NCBI GenBank assembly: GCA_900313205.1
Contig: OMQK01000005.1
Span: 1 to 47,685, forward strand
Length of the DNA: 47,685 bases
Direction of reading: 5' to 3'
Source: an uncultured Bacteroidales bacterium
GTDB taxonomy: Bacteria; Bacteroidota; Bacteroidia; Bacteroidales; UBA932
The notes under the pieces are model-generated. The model had not been told where the DNA came from and did no database searches. It saw nothing but the letters and a program-made list of their open reading frames with translations. The translations under genes were made by a program, and so were the position numbers. This document shows positions 38,233 to 47,684 of the stretch, piece after piece. Positions within the stretch are counted from its first letter, which is position 1. Each line of letters begins with the position of its first letter.

Positions 38233-40375
38233 TAGCTTTAACCATCTTGGTTACAGGGCCGCCGGCAAGGCAGGCGATGACGGCTACATCATTCCCGATG
38301 AGTTCCCGGTCAAAGCGGAGTGTGAGCACCACAGAAGACTTGTCTTCACTCCAGCTGGCACTTGTGACCAGCGTGCCGAATCCGGTGGAGACTGTTCCCG
38401 GCTGACTGTAGGCAAAGTACCAGTTGAGAATGGGAGATGACAGGCCGGAGAAATTACTCCAGCCGCCGCCTCGGCCGGTTTCTATCATAAAATGCTCGTA
38501 GCAATTGTATGAGTCCTCGCATTCGCGCTCCCAATTCTCCAGTGCGGTGTCTGCTATGCGCTTTGCCAGGTCCGGACGGCCAATATCCAACATTGTCTTC
38601 CAGAGAATCATCTGATGAGGCATCCACACCGTCCCGTTCCAGTAGCCGTCTATTCGGTAATATGGTGCTGTCTGATCCACGGCGGTGATGCCGCAGTCAC
38701 TCCAAAGCTCCCCTTGCGTAAAGACATGGCCAATCAAAGCCTCTTTTTGAGCATTATCCACTATACCGGCCACAAGCGGTGTTACACCGTCAAGACCCAT
38801 ATTGAAATTGACGCCTTTATCAGTCCTGTAAATGCTTCCGGGAGTTCCGTCAGTATCGTGCTCCACATAGCCGAAATAACCTGTTTCTGAATCCCAGGCA
38901 TTATCGAGAATGCCTTTTGACATTGCCGCAATATCGGCCTCAAACTGTTTGATATCGGCCGTAAAAGACTTTTTCTGTCTACCCTTTGCGCCGGCCTCCA
39001 GATGTGAGGCAATCAGACGAAGAATCTTTGCGCAGCGGATGTAATAGGAGGTGGAGACCATCGGAGTAGTGCGGCTGCGAAGCTCCTTTTGCGGGCGAAG
39101 TGTCCACTGCGGCGGATAGTCATCCCAGCCGCCACTGTTGTAGAAAATGTTCCATGTCTCAAGCAGGCCGGAAGGTTTGCGGAATCGGGGACCTGTCATA
39201 TAATCATAGAAGCGCTTTAGACGAGGGTAAATCTCCTGGAGCTCATCCATGTTACAACCGCCCCTTTCCCAGACATCTCCGATGGCAAGGATCTGTGTGG
39301 CGAGGGGTGTTCCGTGGTGTACGAAAGGAGCTTCTTCCTCCGGGACTGTTGTGTACTGCCTTATTATCTGGTAACCACGCCCCGGGTCTATCTCGCTCAT
39401 GGCCCAGCCGATGAATCCGCAGTCCCAGGTATAAAGGCTGTTCCAGTTTTTCCCGGGGCAGAAATGGCGTATGGGCTCACCAAAGGCATCTATGGGATAG
39501 ACCACGTTGGTCAGGAGAGTGGCTTGAAGAAGTTGGATGCCAAGGGGGAATGGCCGGTCTGGCTGGCCATGACGGCAATTGTCATTCCCGGCTTGACCTG
39601 GAATCTTCTCCCCTTTGAAAATAACCATCCTCAACGTAGTATCGCTTTGAGGCCTCAGAACAATGGGACGCAGGAAATTGGCGGTATAATGGCCTTTACA
39701 GTCACCTTTAAGGTCTTTGTAAACGTGGTCGTGGACCTTGATGGGCATAAGCTGCTCCAGCTTGGCGCAACGCCATTGACGGACTTCGCTCAAAGGATAG
39801 TCCCAGGCAACGCCATAGGCGGCATCCACTTCCGGATAACGCACTGTGAACCACCCCTCTCCCTGCTTCAGTTCCGGCGTCCATTGCCCCTCAGTGCCAC
39901 CTGCCTTACGAACGGCAAGTTGAAGGTTGATATTCTGCACCTCAGGCGTATTGTTTACGCAGCGGGCCTCAAGCAGTACGCTGTCATCATCTATGACGTT
40001 GTAGGTAGCATCCACGTACACCCTGTCCTTCCATTCCAGCTCATAACGGTAAGTGAAACGAGTCATGTCGGCCGAAACCTCCCAGGGGTGAACGCCTGAC
40101 TCAAACAGGGCGCAAGGAACCATTACATTACGCCTGTAAATACCCGGAACAAGGCAAAACTCTACCTGCGTTGCGGATGACAGGTCCTGGATATGGGAGA
40201 TTCCAAAATACTCCTTTGAATACGGCCCCCATTTAGATAAAGAGGCTATATCATGCGAATGCTCTCCCCCTGCGGCCGGCAGGGAGAGAATTGGGTTGAA
40301 TCCGTCATTGAACGGTAGAGAAATGATTGCGGCAATGGCTGCTTTCAGAATGCAGGATGTATATAGCATAATCAA
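38201..40375 (-). CDS. GH63/MGH1-like (alpha/alpha)6 glycoside hydrolase
   Basis: WGPYSK, YTWDCGF, SGGWDDYP, YWNGTVW, YEHF; contains in-frame REP doublet. Confidence 0.82.
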   Translation of the reverse strand: MIMLYTSCILKAAIAAIISLPFNDGFNPILSLPAAGGEHSHDIASLSKWGPYSKEYFGISHIQDLSSATQVEFCLVPGIYRRNVMVPCALFESGVHPWEVSADMTRFTYRYELEWKDRVYVDATYNVIDDDSVLLEARCVNNTPEVQNINLQLAVRKAGGTEGQWTPELKQGEGWFTVRYPEVDAAYGVAWDYPLSEVRQWRCAKLEQLMPIKVHDHVYKDLKGDCKGHYTANFLRPIVLRPQSDTTLRMVIFKGEKIPGQAGNDNCRHGQPDRPFPLGIQLLQATLLTNVVYPIDAFGEPIRHFCPGKNWNSLYTWDCGFIGWAMSEIDPGRGYQIIRQYTTVPEEEAPFVHHGTPLATQILAIGDVWERGGCNMDELQEIYPRLKRFYDYMTGPRFRKPSGLLETWNIFYNSGGWDDYPPQWTLRPQKELRSRTTPMVSTSYYIRCAKILRLIASHLEAGAKGRQKKSFTADIKQFEADIAAMSKGILDNAWDSETGYFGYVEHDTDGTPGSIYRTDKGVNFNMGLDGVTPLVAGIVDNAQKEALIGHVFTQGELWSDCGITAVDQTAPYYRIDGYWNGTVWMPHQMILWKTMLDIGRPDLAKRIADTALENWERECEDSYNCYEHFMIETGRGGGWSNFSGLSSPILNWYFAYSQPGTVSTGFGTLVTSASWSEDKSSVVLTLRFDRELIGNDVAVIACLAGGPVTKMVKATRKPLTLKIQ
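39549..39606. repeat. REP doublet inside the GH63-like CDS
   Basis: AATGGCCGGTCTGGCTGGCCATGACG-GCAAT-TGTCATTCCCGGCTTGACCTGGAATCT, encodes KIPGQAGNDNCRHGQPDRPF. Confidence 0.8.
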
Positions 40376-41284
40376 TTAACGTAACAGTCCTATCAGTCTA
40401 TCCGGATAGTTTGAAATAATAGCGTCTACACCACAACCGGCAACCGCAAGGATATCGGCCTGTTCATCTACCGTCCAGGGGACAACTTTTATACCCAAAG
40501 AATGACAATAAGCAACATTCTCAGCGGTAACCACACTGAAATGTGGAGACCACCATCCTGGCAAAAAGCTGATTCTGGAAAGTATATCCTTGATGTCTGT
40601 GTCCTTCTTTGTGAGAAATGCCAGAGTAACTTCTGGCCACCTTTGGTGAATATACTCCAGTGAGCGAACATCAAAGGTCTGCACTATCAGACGCTTTCCA
40701 AGGTTTTTGGAAAGAAGAAGCGGAATAGAGGTATCACAAAAAGTCTTGTAATCCGGCCAGTTGATACCTTCCCCCTCATCGGCCGATGACTTGATCTCTA
40801 TATTATAATTAGGAAGGGGAAGCTTATTATCCGAGGCATACTTTTCAGTATAGTCAATTAGCAATGATGCAAGAGGGACATGCTCTGATAGGAGTATTTT
40901 TTCTGGCCACTGTTCAGTATACTTAAGCCCAACCTCATATTTTGCAATGCTGTCATAAGGCATAGTATAAAGATATTCCTTGGCCTCTCCTTTCTGAACA
41001 GGGGTGCCATCCGGCCTTATGGCACAGCGATAATGGAAATAATTGTCATGAGAAAGGACCACCTGACCGTCAGCGGAGATTTGCAAATCCATCTCCAAAG
41101 TGTTTACACCCAGATCAAGTGCATTCTTCATTGATGAAAAGGTGTTCTCCGGCATCAGGCCCGCTCCTCCCCTATGGGCTTGAAGGTCTATCGGAACAGT
41201 AGTATTATGTCCACATGCACACAACACAATGGAAAGACATGCCAAAACAGCCTGAATAATATTCTTGTTAAGATTCATAATCAT
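40376..41284 (-). CDS. Glycerophosphodiester phosphodiesterase (probable lipoprotein)
   Basis: AHRGG, PENT, LEMD, SHD, NIEIK, QTFD, WTVD, ISNYPD; lipobox-like LCAC. Confidence 0.92.
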   Translation of the reverse strand: MIMNLNKNIIQAVLACLSIVLCACGHNTTVPIDLQAHRGGAGLMPENTFSSMKNALDLGVNTLEMDLQISADGQVVLSHDNYFHYRCAIRPDGTPVQKGEAKEYLYTMPYDSIAKYEVGLKYTEQWPEKILLSEHVPLASLLIDYTEKYASDNKLPLPNYNIEIKSSADEGEGINWPDYKTFCDTSIPLLLSKNLGKRLIVQTFDVRSLEYIHQRWPEVTLAFLTKKDTDIKDILSRISFLPGWWSPHFSVVTAENVAYCHSLGIKVVPWTVDEQADILAVAGCGVDAIISNYPDRLIGLLR

Positions 41285-41295
41285 TATTATCTTTA

Positions 41296-41340
41296 CAAAG
41301 ATATGAAAAAGATTTTATAATTTTGTGTGTGCACACACAA
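41296..41340. promoter_or_regulatory. Divergent -7 elements with a perfect 18-bp palindromic operator
   Basis: TATCTTTG (- strand, 41296-41303), TAATTTTG (+ strand, 41318-41325), TTGTGTGTGCACACACAA (41323-41340). Confidence 0.7.
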
Positions 41341-41353
41341 CATGCTTCATAGA

Positions 41354-43336
41354 ATGAAATATTTAATAACAACGCTTCTCCCGTTACTGATAGTATCTGC
41401 CTCTTCTTTTGCGCAGAATTCCTGCTATGCCCATCTGGACGGAGACACTCTGCGCATAGGAAACGCGCATATAGAAAGAGTATTTGCATGGAACTCCGGA
41501 GCGCTAAGAACACTGTGGCTTGAAGACTTGTCCAACGGCCGAAAATTGAAATCAACAAATGATTCACCGGACTTCGTTATTTCCAAAGAAGCACCGGAAA
41601 ATGCAAGTTTGGAAGTTATTACCACCCCTGCAGGAAAATGGTCCAAAGGCAGTTTTACTGCCAGGATTAACTATAATATCGGCAGTGTCCTGGTGCGACG
41701 GGATTATCGTCTATATGACGATGTCCCGGCCATTGCCTGTGACACATATATCAAGGGAACTTGGGACATTACGCCTGTAGAAGCTCCAGTATTGGACCAG
41801 ATATGCCTTAAAGGAAGGAACTGGCACTGTACCGTTGTAGAGTTCCATGACCGCACAGATGTCCACAACACGCTACTGGAAGAGCATAAGTTCATATCAT
41901 ACCATCATGAAAAGGATTGGAATGGAAACTTACTGCTTGCAAGGGATGCCACCACCAGGAATGGGCTCTTCATACTCAAAGAAGCGCCATGCTCAGATAT
42001 GCAAGTTGGTCCCGGAGCCGCTGATTTCCGGACCAAAAACGGATGGTTCAGGGTTACGCGGATAGGGTTTGAGCCATCGGACATACTTCCGGACGAATGG
42101 ACCCGTCTCTACGGCTGCGTTTTGGGAGTGACCGGAGACGACAGCCTGTCAGAAGTCCTGGCGCTCCGTTCTTATCAGAAGAGTCTGCGACATCAGCCAG
42201 ACATGATTATGATGAACACCTGGGGAGACCGCAGCCAGGACGGGCGCGTCAGCGAAGCCTTTTGCCTTCAGGAGCTGGACAAGGCCGCCAGATTGGGCGT
42301 TACAGTATACCAGATCGATGATGGGTGGCAATTAGGGAAAAGCCCGGCATCGATAGTTGAAGGCGGTTCCTTTGATGATATTTGGAGTCGTGCAGGCTAC
42401 TGGGATCTTGACCCGGCGAAGTTCCCGCGCGGACTGCAACCCATTGTGGATAAAGCCCGCTCACTTGGAATAGAGATAGGCCTGTGGTTTAACCCAAGTG
42501 TGCAGGACCACATGGCCGATTGGGAGAAGGACGCGGCAGTTCTTACCGGGCTATACCAAAAATACGGCATTCGCGTCTTCAAGATCGACGGCCTTGTCAT
42601 CCCCTCAAAGAAAGCGGAAAGGAATCTTCGGAAAATGCTGGACCGTGTCCGCGAAGAGACCGGCGACGAAGTTATCTTCAATCTGGATGTTACCAACGGA
42701 CGCCGGATGGGATATAACTGGTTTGCAGAATACGGGAACATATTTTTGGAAAACCGCTACACCGACTGGGGCAATTATTACCCGTACAAAACACTGCGAA
42801 ATCTATGGCAACTTTCGCGATACGTTGCCCCCGAGCGCTTCCAGATTGAATTCCTGAATCCTTGGAGGAACGCAGACAAGTATCCGGGGAACGATGCCTT
42901 TGCCCCGGCCAATTACTCCTTTGACTATATTGCAGCCACAACATTTGCCGCTCAGCCACTTGCTTGGATGGAGGCTTCCAACCTGCCGGAAGATGCTTAT
43001 TCCACCGGACAAGTATTGAAGGGATGGAAGGATATATCGGCCCGCCTCCATTCCGGCACCATCCTCCCTATAGGAGAAGAGCCCTCCGGCACATCATGGA
43101 CGGGATTCCAGTCAATAAAGGACTCCAAGCACGGCTATTTTCTTATCTATCGTGAAGACACTCCCACAGCCAAGGGCTGCATAAAGACCTGGCTGCCGGA
43201 GGGGAAGCGGGTCTGCTTCAAGCCGGTTCTTGGCTGCGGCAAGTCCTTCCGTGCCAAAGTTGGCCCTGGCGGCACAATTAATATTAAACTCAGTGAGCCC
43301 AATACCTTTGCTTTGTACGAGTATTCGGTAAGGTAA
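41354..43336 (+). CDS. GH36-like alpha-galactosidase / melibiase family
   Basis: Signal peptide MKYLITT; NTWG, IDDGWQ, KFPRGL, GLWFNP, FKID. Confidence 0.85.
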   Translation: MKYLITTLLPLLIVSASSFAQNSCYAHLDGDTLRIGNAHIERVFAWNSGALRTLWLEDLSNGRKLKSTNDSPDFVISKEAPENASLEVITTPAGKWSKGSFTARINYNIGSVLVRRDYRLYDDVPAIACDTYIKGTWDITPVEAPVLDQICLKGRNWHCTVVEFHDRTDVHNTLLEEHKFISYHHEKDWNGNLLLARDATTRNGLFILKEAPCSDMQVGPGAADFRTKNGWFRVTRIGFEPSDILPDEWTRLYGCVLGVTGDDSLSEVLALRSYQKSLRHQPDMIMMNTWGDRSQDGRVSEAFCLQELDKAARLGVTVYQIDDGWQLGKSPASIVEGGSFDDIWSRAGYWDLDPAKFPRGLQPIVDKARSLGIEIGLWFNPSVQDHMADWEKDAAVLTGLYQKYGIRVFKIDGLVIPSKKAERNLRKMLDRVREETGDEVIFNLDVTNGRRMGYNWFAEYGNIFLENRYTDWGNYYPYKTLRNLWQLSRYVAPERFQIEFLNPWRNADKYPGNDAFAPANYSFDYIAATTFAAQPLAWMEASNLPEDAYSTGQVLKGWKDISARLHSGTILPIGEEPSGTSWTGFQSIKDSKHGYFLIYREDTPTAKGCIKTWLPEGKRVCFKPVLGCGKSFRAKVGPGGTINIKLSEPNTFALYEYSVR

Positions 43337-43344
43337 TACAAATG

Positions 43345-43373
43345 ATCGGGGGCCGGCTTAACCGGCCCCCGAT
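43345..43373. terminator. Hairpin between convergent genes
   Basis: Perfect 12-bp stem ATCGGGGGCCGG-CTTAA-CCGGCCCCCGAT; no long U tract. Confidence 0.65.
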
Positions 43374-43376
43374 TGA

Positions 43377-44216
43377 TTAGTCCATTCTGTATTCTACTAC
43401 TACCGGCCAGTGGTCGGAGAGATACTCTACAGAGGAATAGGTTGCAGTGGGAATCGTGTATGATGCCACCGACGGGAAACCTTTGTAGAACTGAAAGTCT
43501 ATAGTGGCCACGTTTCCGTTCTCCCAGTCCCAGTCGTTGTAGGTGCGGCCGGTGGCTCCTCCGGTAAAACCGTCGCGGGAGAAATAACCGTAAGTGCCAT
43601 CCTTCCACTCATCAAAGATGGCTTCAAAGTGGGAGGTATTCATGTCGCCCATGAACAGCAGCCAGCCGTCCGTGGCGGGGTTGTAGTGCCCGTCAATCCA
43701 GGTCTTGATAACACCCATCTCGGTCTGGCGCAGGGCAATCACCTCGTCCGATCCCGGCGTGTTGTTGTTTTTTGTCCTATAGCTGAGGTGGACGTCCATC
43801 ACCAGCATCTTCTGGCCCTCATAGGTGCATTTCATCCAGGTGCAACTGCGGTAGGAATTCTGGTTGGAAGATTTGGTAGGCGTGGTAGGAGCGCCGGAAG
43901 TGAGCCAGAACGTGCCGGACGACTGTACCGTGATGTCATCTGTATTATACAAAATGACCTCGTTGGATCTTTCCGCGCCGGATATCTGTTGCCAGACACT
44001 CAGGGAAGTGTTGTCATAGACTGCGGCGTAACCGGCGCAGTTACCGGTGAGGTAACTGCGCTGGTCCTCCTCGCATTCCTGCATGCAGATAATCTGGGGC
44101 TGGCGGTCGTTGATGAACGCCGCCATGCCGCTCCTTCTTGCGCTCCATGCATGATCACCCGTGTCTTCCATTTGGGAAGAACGGATGTTCCAGGTTATTG
44201 CCTGGAGATTATTCCT
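43377..44216 (-). CDS. Endonuclease/exonuclease/phosphatase (EEP) domain, in frame with the upstream gene beyond a TGA
   Basis: AITWNIR (upstream of the first Met at 44171), ICMQE, VHL, MGDMN, IDFQF, LSDHWPV. Confidence 0.85.
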   Translation of the reverse strand, partial: RNNLQAITWNIRSSQMEDTGDHAWSARRSGMAAFINDRQPQIICMQECEEDQRSYLTGNCAGYAAVYDNTSLSVWQQISGAERSNEVILYNTDDITVQSSGTFWLTSGAPTTPTKSSNQNSYRSCTWMKCTYEGQKMLVMDVHLSYRTKNNNTPGSDEVIALRQTEMGVIKTWIDGHYNPATDGWLLFMGDMNTSHFEAIFDEWKDGTYGYFSRDGFTGGATGRTYNDWDWENGNVATIDFQFYKGFPSVASYTIPTATYSSVEYLSDHWPVVVEYRMD

Positions 44217-47200
44217 TCATATAGCACCTTCCTGATAAGCGCCGGGCCACCACTCGCCGCTGCCGCGGTCATTACCAATCTGATCCTTATTCAGGACACC
44301 CTTCTCTTCCAGCCAAGTCTTGAAACCGGAGCTTGCAGTGTTGAGCTGGCTTGCAAAGCTGCTGGCAGTGATGGCGGTATATCCTCCGCTCAACGAGCCA
44401 TTCCATTCCCAAGTATTGTTGTTCCAGGTAAGACCTCCGAAGTTAGCTGCAGATTTAGAACCGCTGTCGTTACTTGATGTATAAGAACCTCCGGAATTAC
44501 CCTTTGCAGAATAGACGTTATTGTAACCATTGCCGTCAACTGTGTTTGTCCACCATGCATATTGCTCAGTTCCGGATGCGATGATGCAGTTGTTTATGAA
44601 ATATGCCTTTTTACCGCTCTTCGTATTCAAGACATACACCAGTTCTTGTCCATTCGTAAGCATGTTCAAAGATGAGGTACTCCTCGCAGAGCCAATCAGT
44701 GAGCAGTTGCTGATAACACATTCTTCCATCACCTTATCACCCGTACCATTCAGGCATATCCAGTTTGCCTCGTCCCCACCAGACCTCAAAGTATATGTAT
44801 TATCGTATACACTGCTGTTATTCATGCAGAAATACTTGGTCTTTTCAACGTAAATGGTGGTCCCGTAATAATAGGAAATCCAGTTCCCATTGAACGAGCA
44901 TCCGTTCAAGTAAAGACCGCTAGCAGTACAATTGTACGCCGAAATTGCACCTCCTCTTGTTGCATGGTTTCCTTCAAAATAGCAATTGTTGATATAAGAC
45001 ATGCCGTCTGCATAGTAGGCGATGGCACCTCCATAGGCGCTCTTTACCTCAGATCCGGCGCTATGGGTGTAATTTCCGATAAAGGTACAGTTATCAAAAG
45101 TACTGGGAGTGGCATCGTGTCCGAGACGGATTGCTCCGGCATGACGTGCGTAGTTGTCATTGTTCGACCCGCTGTAGTTGTTGTAATTGTTTTGGAAAAG
45201 AGTATTGCTTACATGCATGTAACCGTTTCCATCACCATAACCACTGCCATTTGTGGACTGATAACTTATGGCTGCGCCTGCACCTGATGCCGTGTAATTT
45301 CCGGTAAACTCACACTCATCAATCGTAATCTTGACACCGTTTTGTCCGGAATCGACACAGAGGGCACCTCCGAATGATTCATTTTCGCCATTGTAATCGT
45401 TATGATTACCTGTAAATGTAACACCGGTAAGACTTAATGTCGCATTTTTGGCGTTCTCGCACTTGATGGCGCCGCCCCATGATGCACTATTTCCATTACT
45501 GGCATAGTTTCTATCGAAAATGGTGCCTACCCCACCGCTGCGTCCAACCACTATACTTGCGTAGTCCTTGGCCAGGATGGCACCGCCTCCCTTTCCGTAA
45601 TTCTCGCTGATTGTTCCTCCTTGAATCTGAAGGCGTACATCTCCTTCTGAAGAGCCGGCGATAAAGAAAGCGCCACCCCACTGGGCATGGTTACCGCTGA
45701 CTGTGCATCTTGCGAAGTTACAGGTTGCCTTGGAATACACCATGCCTCCGCTGCTGTATGCCGAGTTACCGGTAATGGTGGCATCCTTCACATTAAGGTA
45801 GGCACTTTCGTCATAGAACACGCCACCGTATTTTCCTGACGAATTTCCGGAGAACGTTCCGCCATTGACAACAACCGTACCCGTCCCGGCAATGCCGATA
45901 GCTCCGCCGTTGTTGGCGGCCGTGTTGTTTGTAAAGGTGCAGTTGTTAAGATTGCATGTACCATTGTTGTGCTGGATGGCGCCATAATCACCACCTTGAG
46001 CCTCGTTGTTGCTGAATGTGCAATCCTCAAAGGTACATGTGAAAGTATGGGAACCGCTGTCGCGAAGACGGACAGCTCCGCAATAGTTAGTGGCTACGTT
46101 GCCGTCGAAAACGCAGCTCGTCATATTCAGGTTGGCGTGATCGTTATATATGGCTGGAGCCGTATAGGCAGTATTGCCGGAGAACGTCACGCGCGTAGCG
46201 TTAAGGGTACCATTGGACAGCACTATGGCGGCACCGCTGAAGGAGTCACTAGTATCGTTCTCATTGTTACTTACAACGCAGTCAACCATGTTGATAGTAA
46301 CACCACTTCCTGAACTTTGCAAGGCGCCACGCTTGTCACCGGACACACTGTTGCCAGTGATGTTGATCCCGTCCAGAGTCAACGTCAGCTTGCCGGAAAG
46401 GACAAGTGAGGAACTTCCTGCCGTTGCGGTAAAGTCAGTGGGATTGCCGGCAATGTTTCGAGCCCCGGTAGAGGCATTGTAACCTCCTTTAAATGTTATG
46501 GCAATGGGATCCTCCTTATCGAATGACAGATTCGGATTACTACTGAAATCATAAGTTCCTGCTCCGAGATGGAAGGTAGCACCGTCGATGGATGCAAGTT
46601 TTGCTGCATCAATCTGGTCATCTGTCCCGGCGAGAGTCAACTTCTTCCACATCTGCTCCGCGCTCATGGCATTATCCCAGTTCATTCCACTACCGTTTCC
46701 GGCGCCGCTGACAGTGACATAATAATTGCCCTTGGTTTCCACCTCACCCATCTGGTAGTTGGTGTTTACGGCAGTGGTAATATTACGGTTAAGGTAATGG
46801 ATACCAGTAACATCATCACCCTTCTTGTAAGACATCTTAAAGCCTTTGGCGTGGGTGACTCCGGGAGCTATGGCGATGTAATAAGTACCTGCTCCGCCGG
46901 ATGTTGTTGTTGTAATGCTTGAGGCTCCACTCTCGATTGTTGTAGGAGCGGGTGTTGCACCTGAACAGTCAATTGAGAGAATTCCGGCAAGATTGCTGCC
47001 ATCTACACTCTCCACCACCACGCTGGTTACATCAGTACCTGCGGGAAGAGTAAAACTTATAAAGGCTGTGACATTTTTGAATTGCAGTTTGTTACCGGAA
47101 GCCACCTTGGCAACGGCAACGTTTCCGCTGCCAAAATCACCTTCCCTAGATGCAGGAATACTGATCTTTACGGTAGACCCGCTGACAGAAGAGCACCTTT

Positions 47201-47531
47201 CTGCAGGATATACTGCATATGTAGGAGTGGTTCCGCTGGGAATATATCCATTAAATTCGGCCTCTGCGGTACCTTGTCCATCCACAAGATTAAAAGGATC
47301 AGAAATAGAGCCGTCGCTGCTGATAACTGCAATATTATCACCATCGGCCCATAAGGTATGTCCATCCGAAATGGTTGTCTTTGTACGCTCACTGGAAGCA
47401 GTAAGCGTGACCTGTTTCATTCCTTCCGGGGCAATTCCGTCTCCCTCACGTCCAAAATCCGCTTCTTTCTGACAGGACATGGTTGCGGAAAAACAAAGCG
47501 TAATAAACAAAGCGTTGTAAATCTTTTTCAT
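44217..47531 (-). CDS. Large surface lipoprotein: fimbrillin-like N-terminus + right-handed beta-helix (GGA(I/V)...FxxN repeats)
   Basis: Lipobox TMSC followed by QKEAD; KTT...W..GD.I.V and YAVYP motifs; many GGAI / FTGN repeats; ends WWPGAYQEGAI. Confidence 0.85.
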   Translation of the reverse strand: MKKIYNALFITLCFSATMSCQKEADFGREGDGIAPEGMKQVTLTASSERTKTTISDGHTLWADGDNIAVISSDGSISDPFNLVDGQGTAEAEFNGYIPSGTTPTYAVYPAERCSSVSGSTVKISIPASREGDFGSGNVAVAKVASGNKLQFKNVTAFISFTLPAGTDVTSVVVESVDGSNLAGILSIDCSGATPAPTTIESGASSITTTTSGGAGTYYIAIAPGVTHAKGFKMSYKKGDDVTGIHYLNRNITTAVNTNYQMGEVETKGNYYVTVSGAGNGSGMNWDNAMSAEQMWKKLTLAGTDDQIDAAKLASIDGATFHLGAGTYDFSSNPNLSFDKEDPIAITFKGGYNASTGARNIAGNPTDFTATAGSSSLVLSGKLTLTLDGINITGNSVSGDKRGALQSSGSGVTINMVDCVVSNNENDTSDSFSGAAIVLSNGTLNATRVTFSGNTAYTAPAIYNDHANLNMTSCVFDGNVATNYCGAVRLRDSGSHTFTCTFEDCTFSNNEAQGGDYGAIQHNNGTCNLNNCTFTNNTAANNGGAIGIAGTGTVVVNGGTFSGNSSGKYGGVFYDESAYLNVKDATITGNSAYSSGGMVYSKATCNFARCTVSGNHAQWGGAFFIAGSSEGDVRLQIQGGTISENYGKGGGAILAKDYASIVVGRSGGVGTIFDRNYASNGNSASWGGAIKCENAKNATLSLTGVTFTGNHNDYNGENESFGGALCVDSGQNGVKITIDECEFTGNYTASGAGAAISYQSTNGSGYGDGNGYMHVSNTLFQNNYNNYSGSNNDNYARHAGAIRLGHDATPSTFDNCTFIGNYTHSAGSEVKSAYGGAIAYYADGMSYINNCYFEGNHATRGGAISAYNCTASGLYLNGCSFNGNWISYYYGTTIYVEKTKYFCMNNSSVYDNTYTLRSGGDEANWICLNGTGDKVMEECVISNCSLIGSARSTSSLNMLTNGQELVYVLNTKSGKKAYFINNCIIASGTEQYAWWTNTVDGNGYNNVYSAKGNSGGSYTSSNDSGSKSAANFGGLTWNNNTWEWNGSLSGGYTAITASSFASQLNTASSGFKTWLEEKGVLNKDQIGNDRGSGEWWPGAYQEGAI

Positions 47532-47546
47532 TGTCAGGTCCTCCTC

Positions 47547-47684
47547 TTATTCAATAACTGACCCTGCCTCCCAGAGACTGGTTGACGAATAATCTTCTGC
47601 CTGAACGGCAGACTCGCTTGCAAAGATGACAAGCAAAGTATTGCTTGCACAAATAAGTTGTTCCTGCGACAAATCAATTTGCCG
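47547..47684 (-). CDS. 3' part of a small protein (partial)
   Basis: Open frame RQIDLSQEQLICASNTLLVIFASESAVQAEDYSSTSLWEAGSVIE* ending 15 bp before the lipoprotein start. Confidence 0.55.
   Translation of the reverse strand, partial: RQIDLSQEQLICASNTLLVIFASESAVQAEDYSSTSLWEAGSVIE

Noticed and set aside
40262-40288. CTCTC..CCTGC/GCAGG.GAGAG hairpin in the GH63 5' region
   Set aside because: Single bulged copy with no second instance in the window; may be chance.
43345-43373. Hairpin as another GTCA-REP copy
   Set aside because: CCGG-CTTAA-CCGG resembles the REP loop, but the GTCA head and TCT tail are missing; kept as a terminator-like hairpin.
44217-44219. TGA as selenocysteine or alternative genetic code
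   Set aside because: Not a catalytic Cys position, no convincing SECIS, and TGA ends other genes here normally (1610, 25462, 28489-operon genes).
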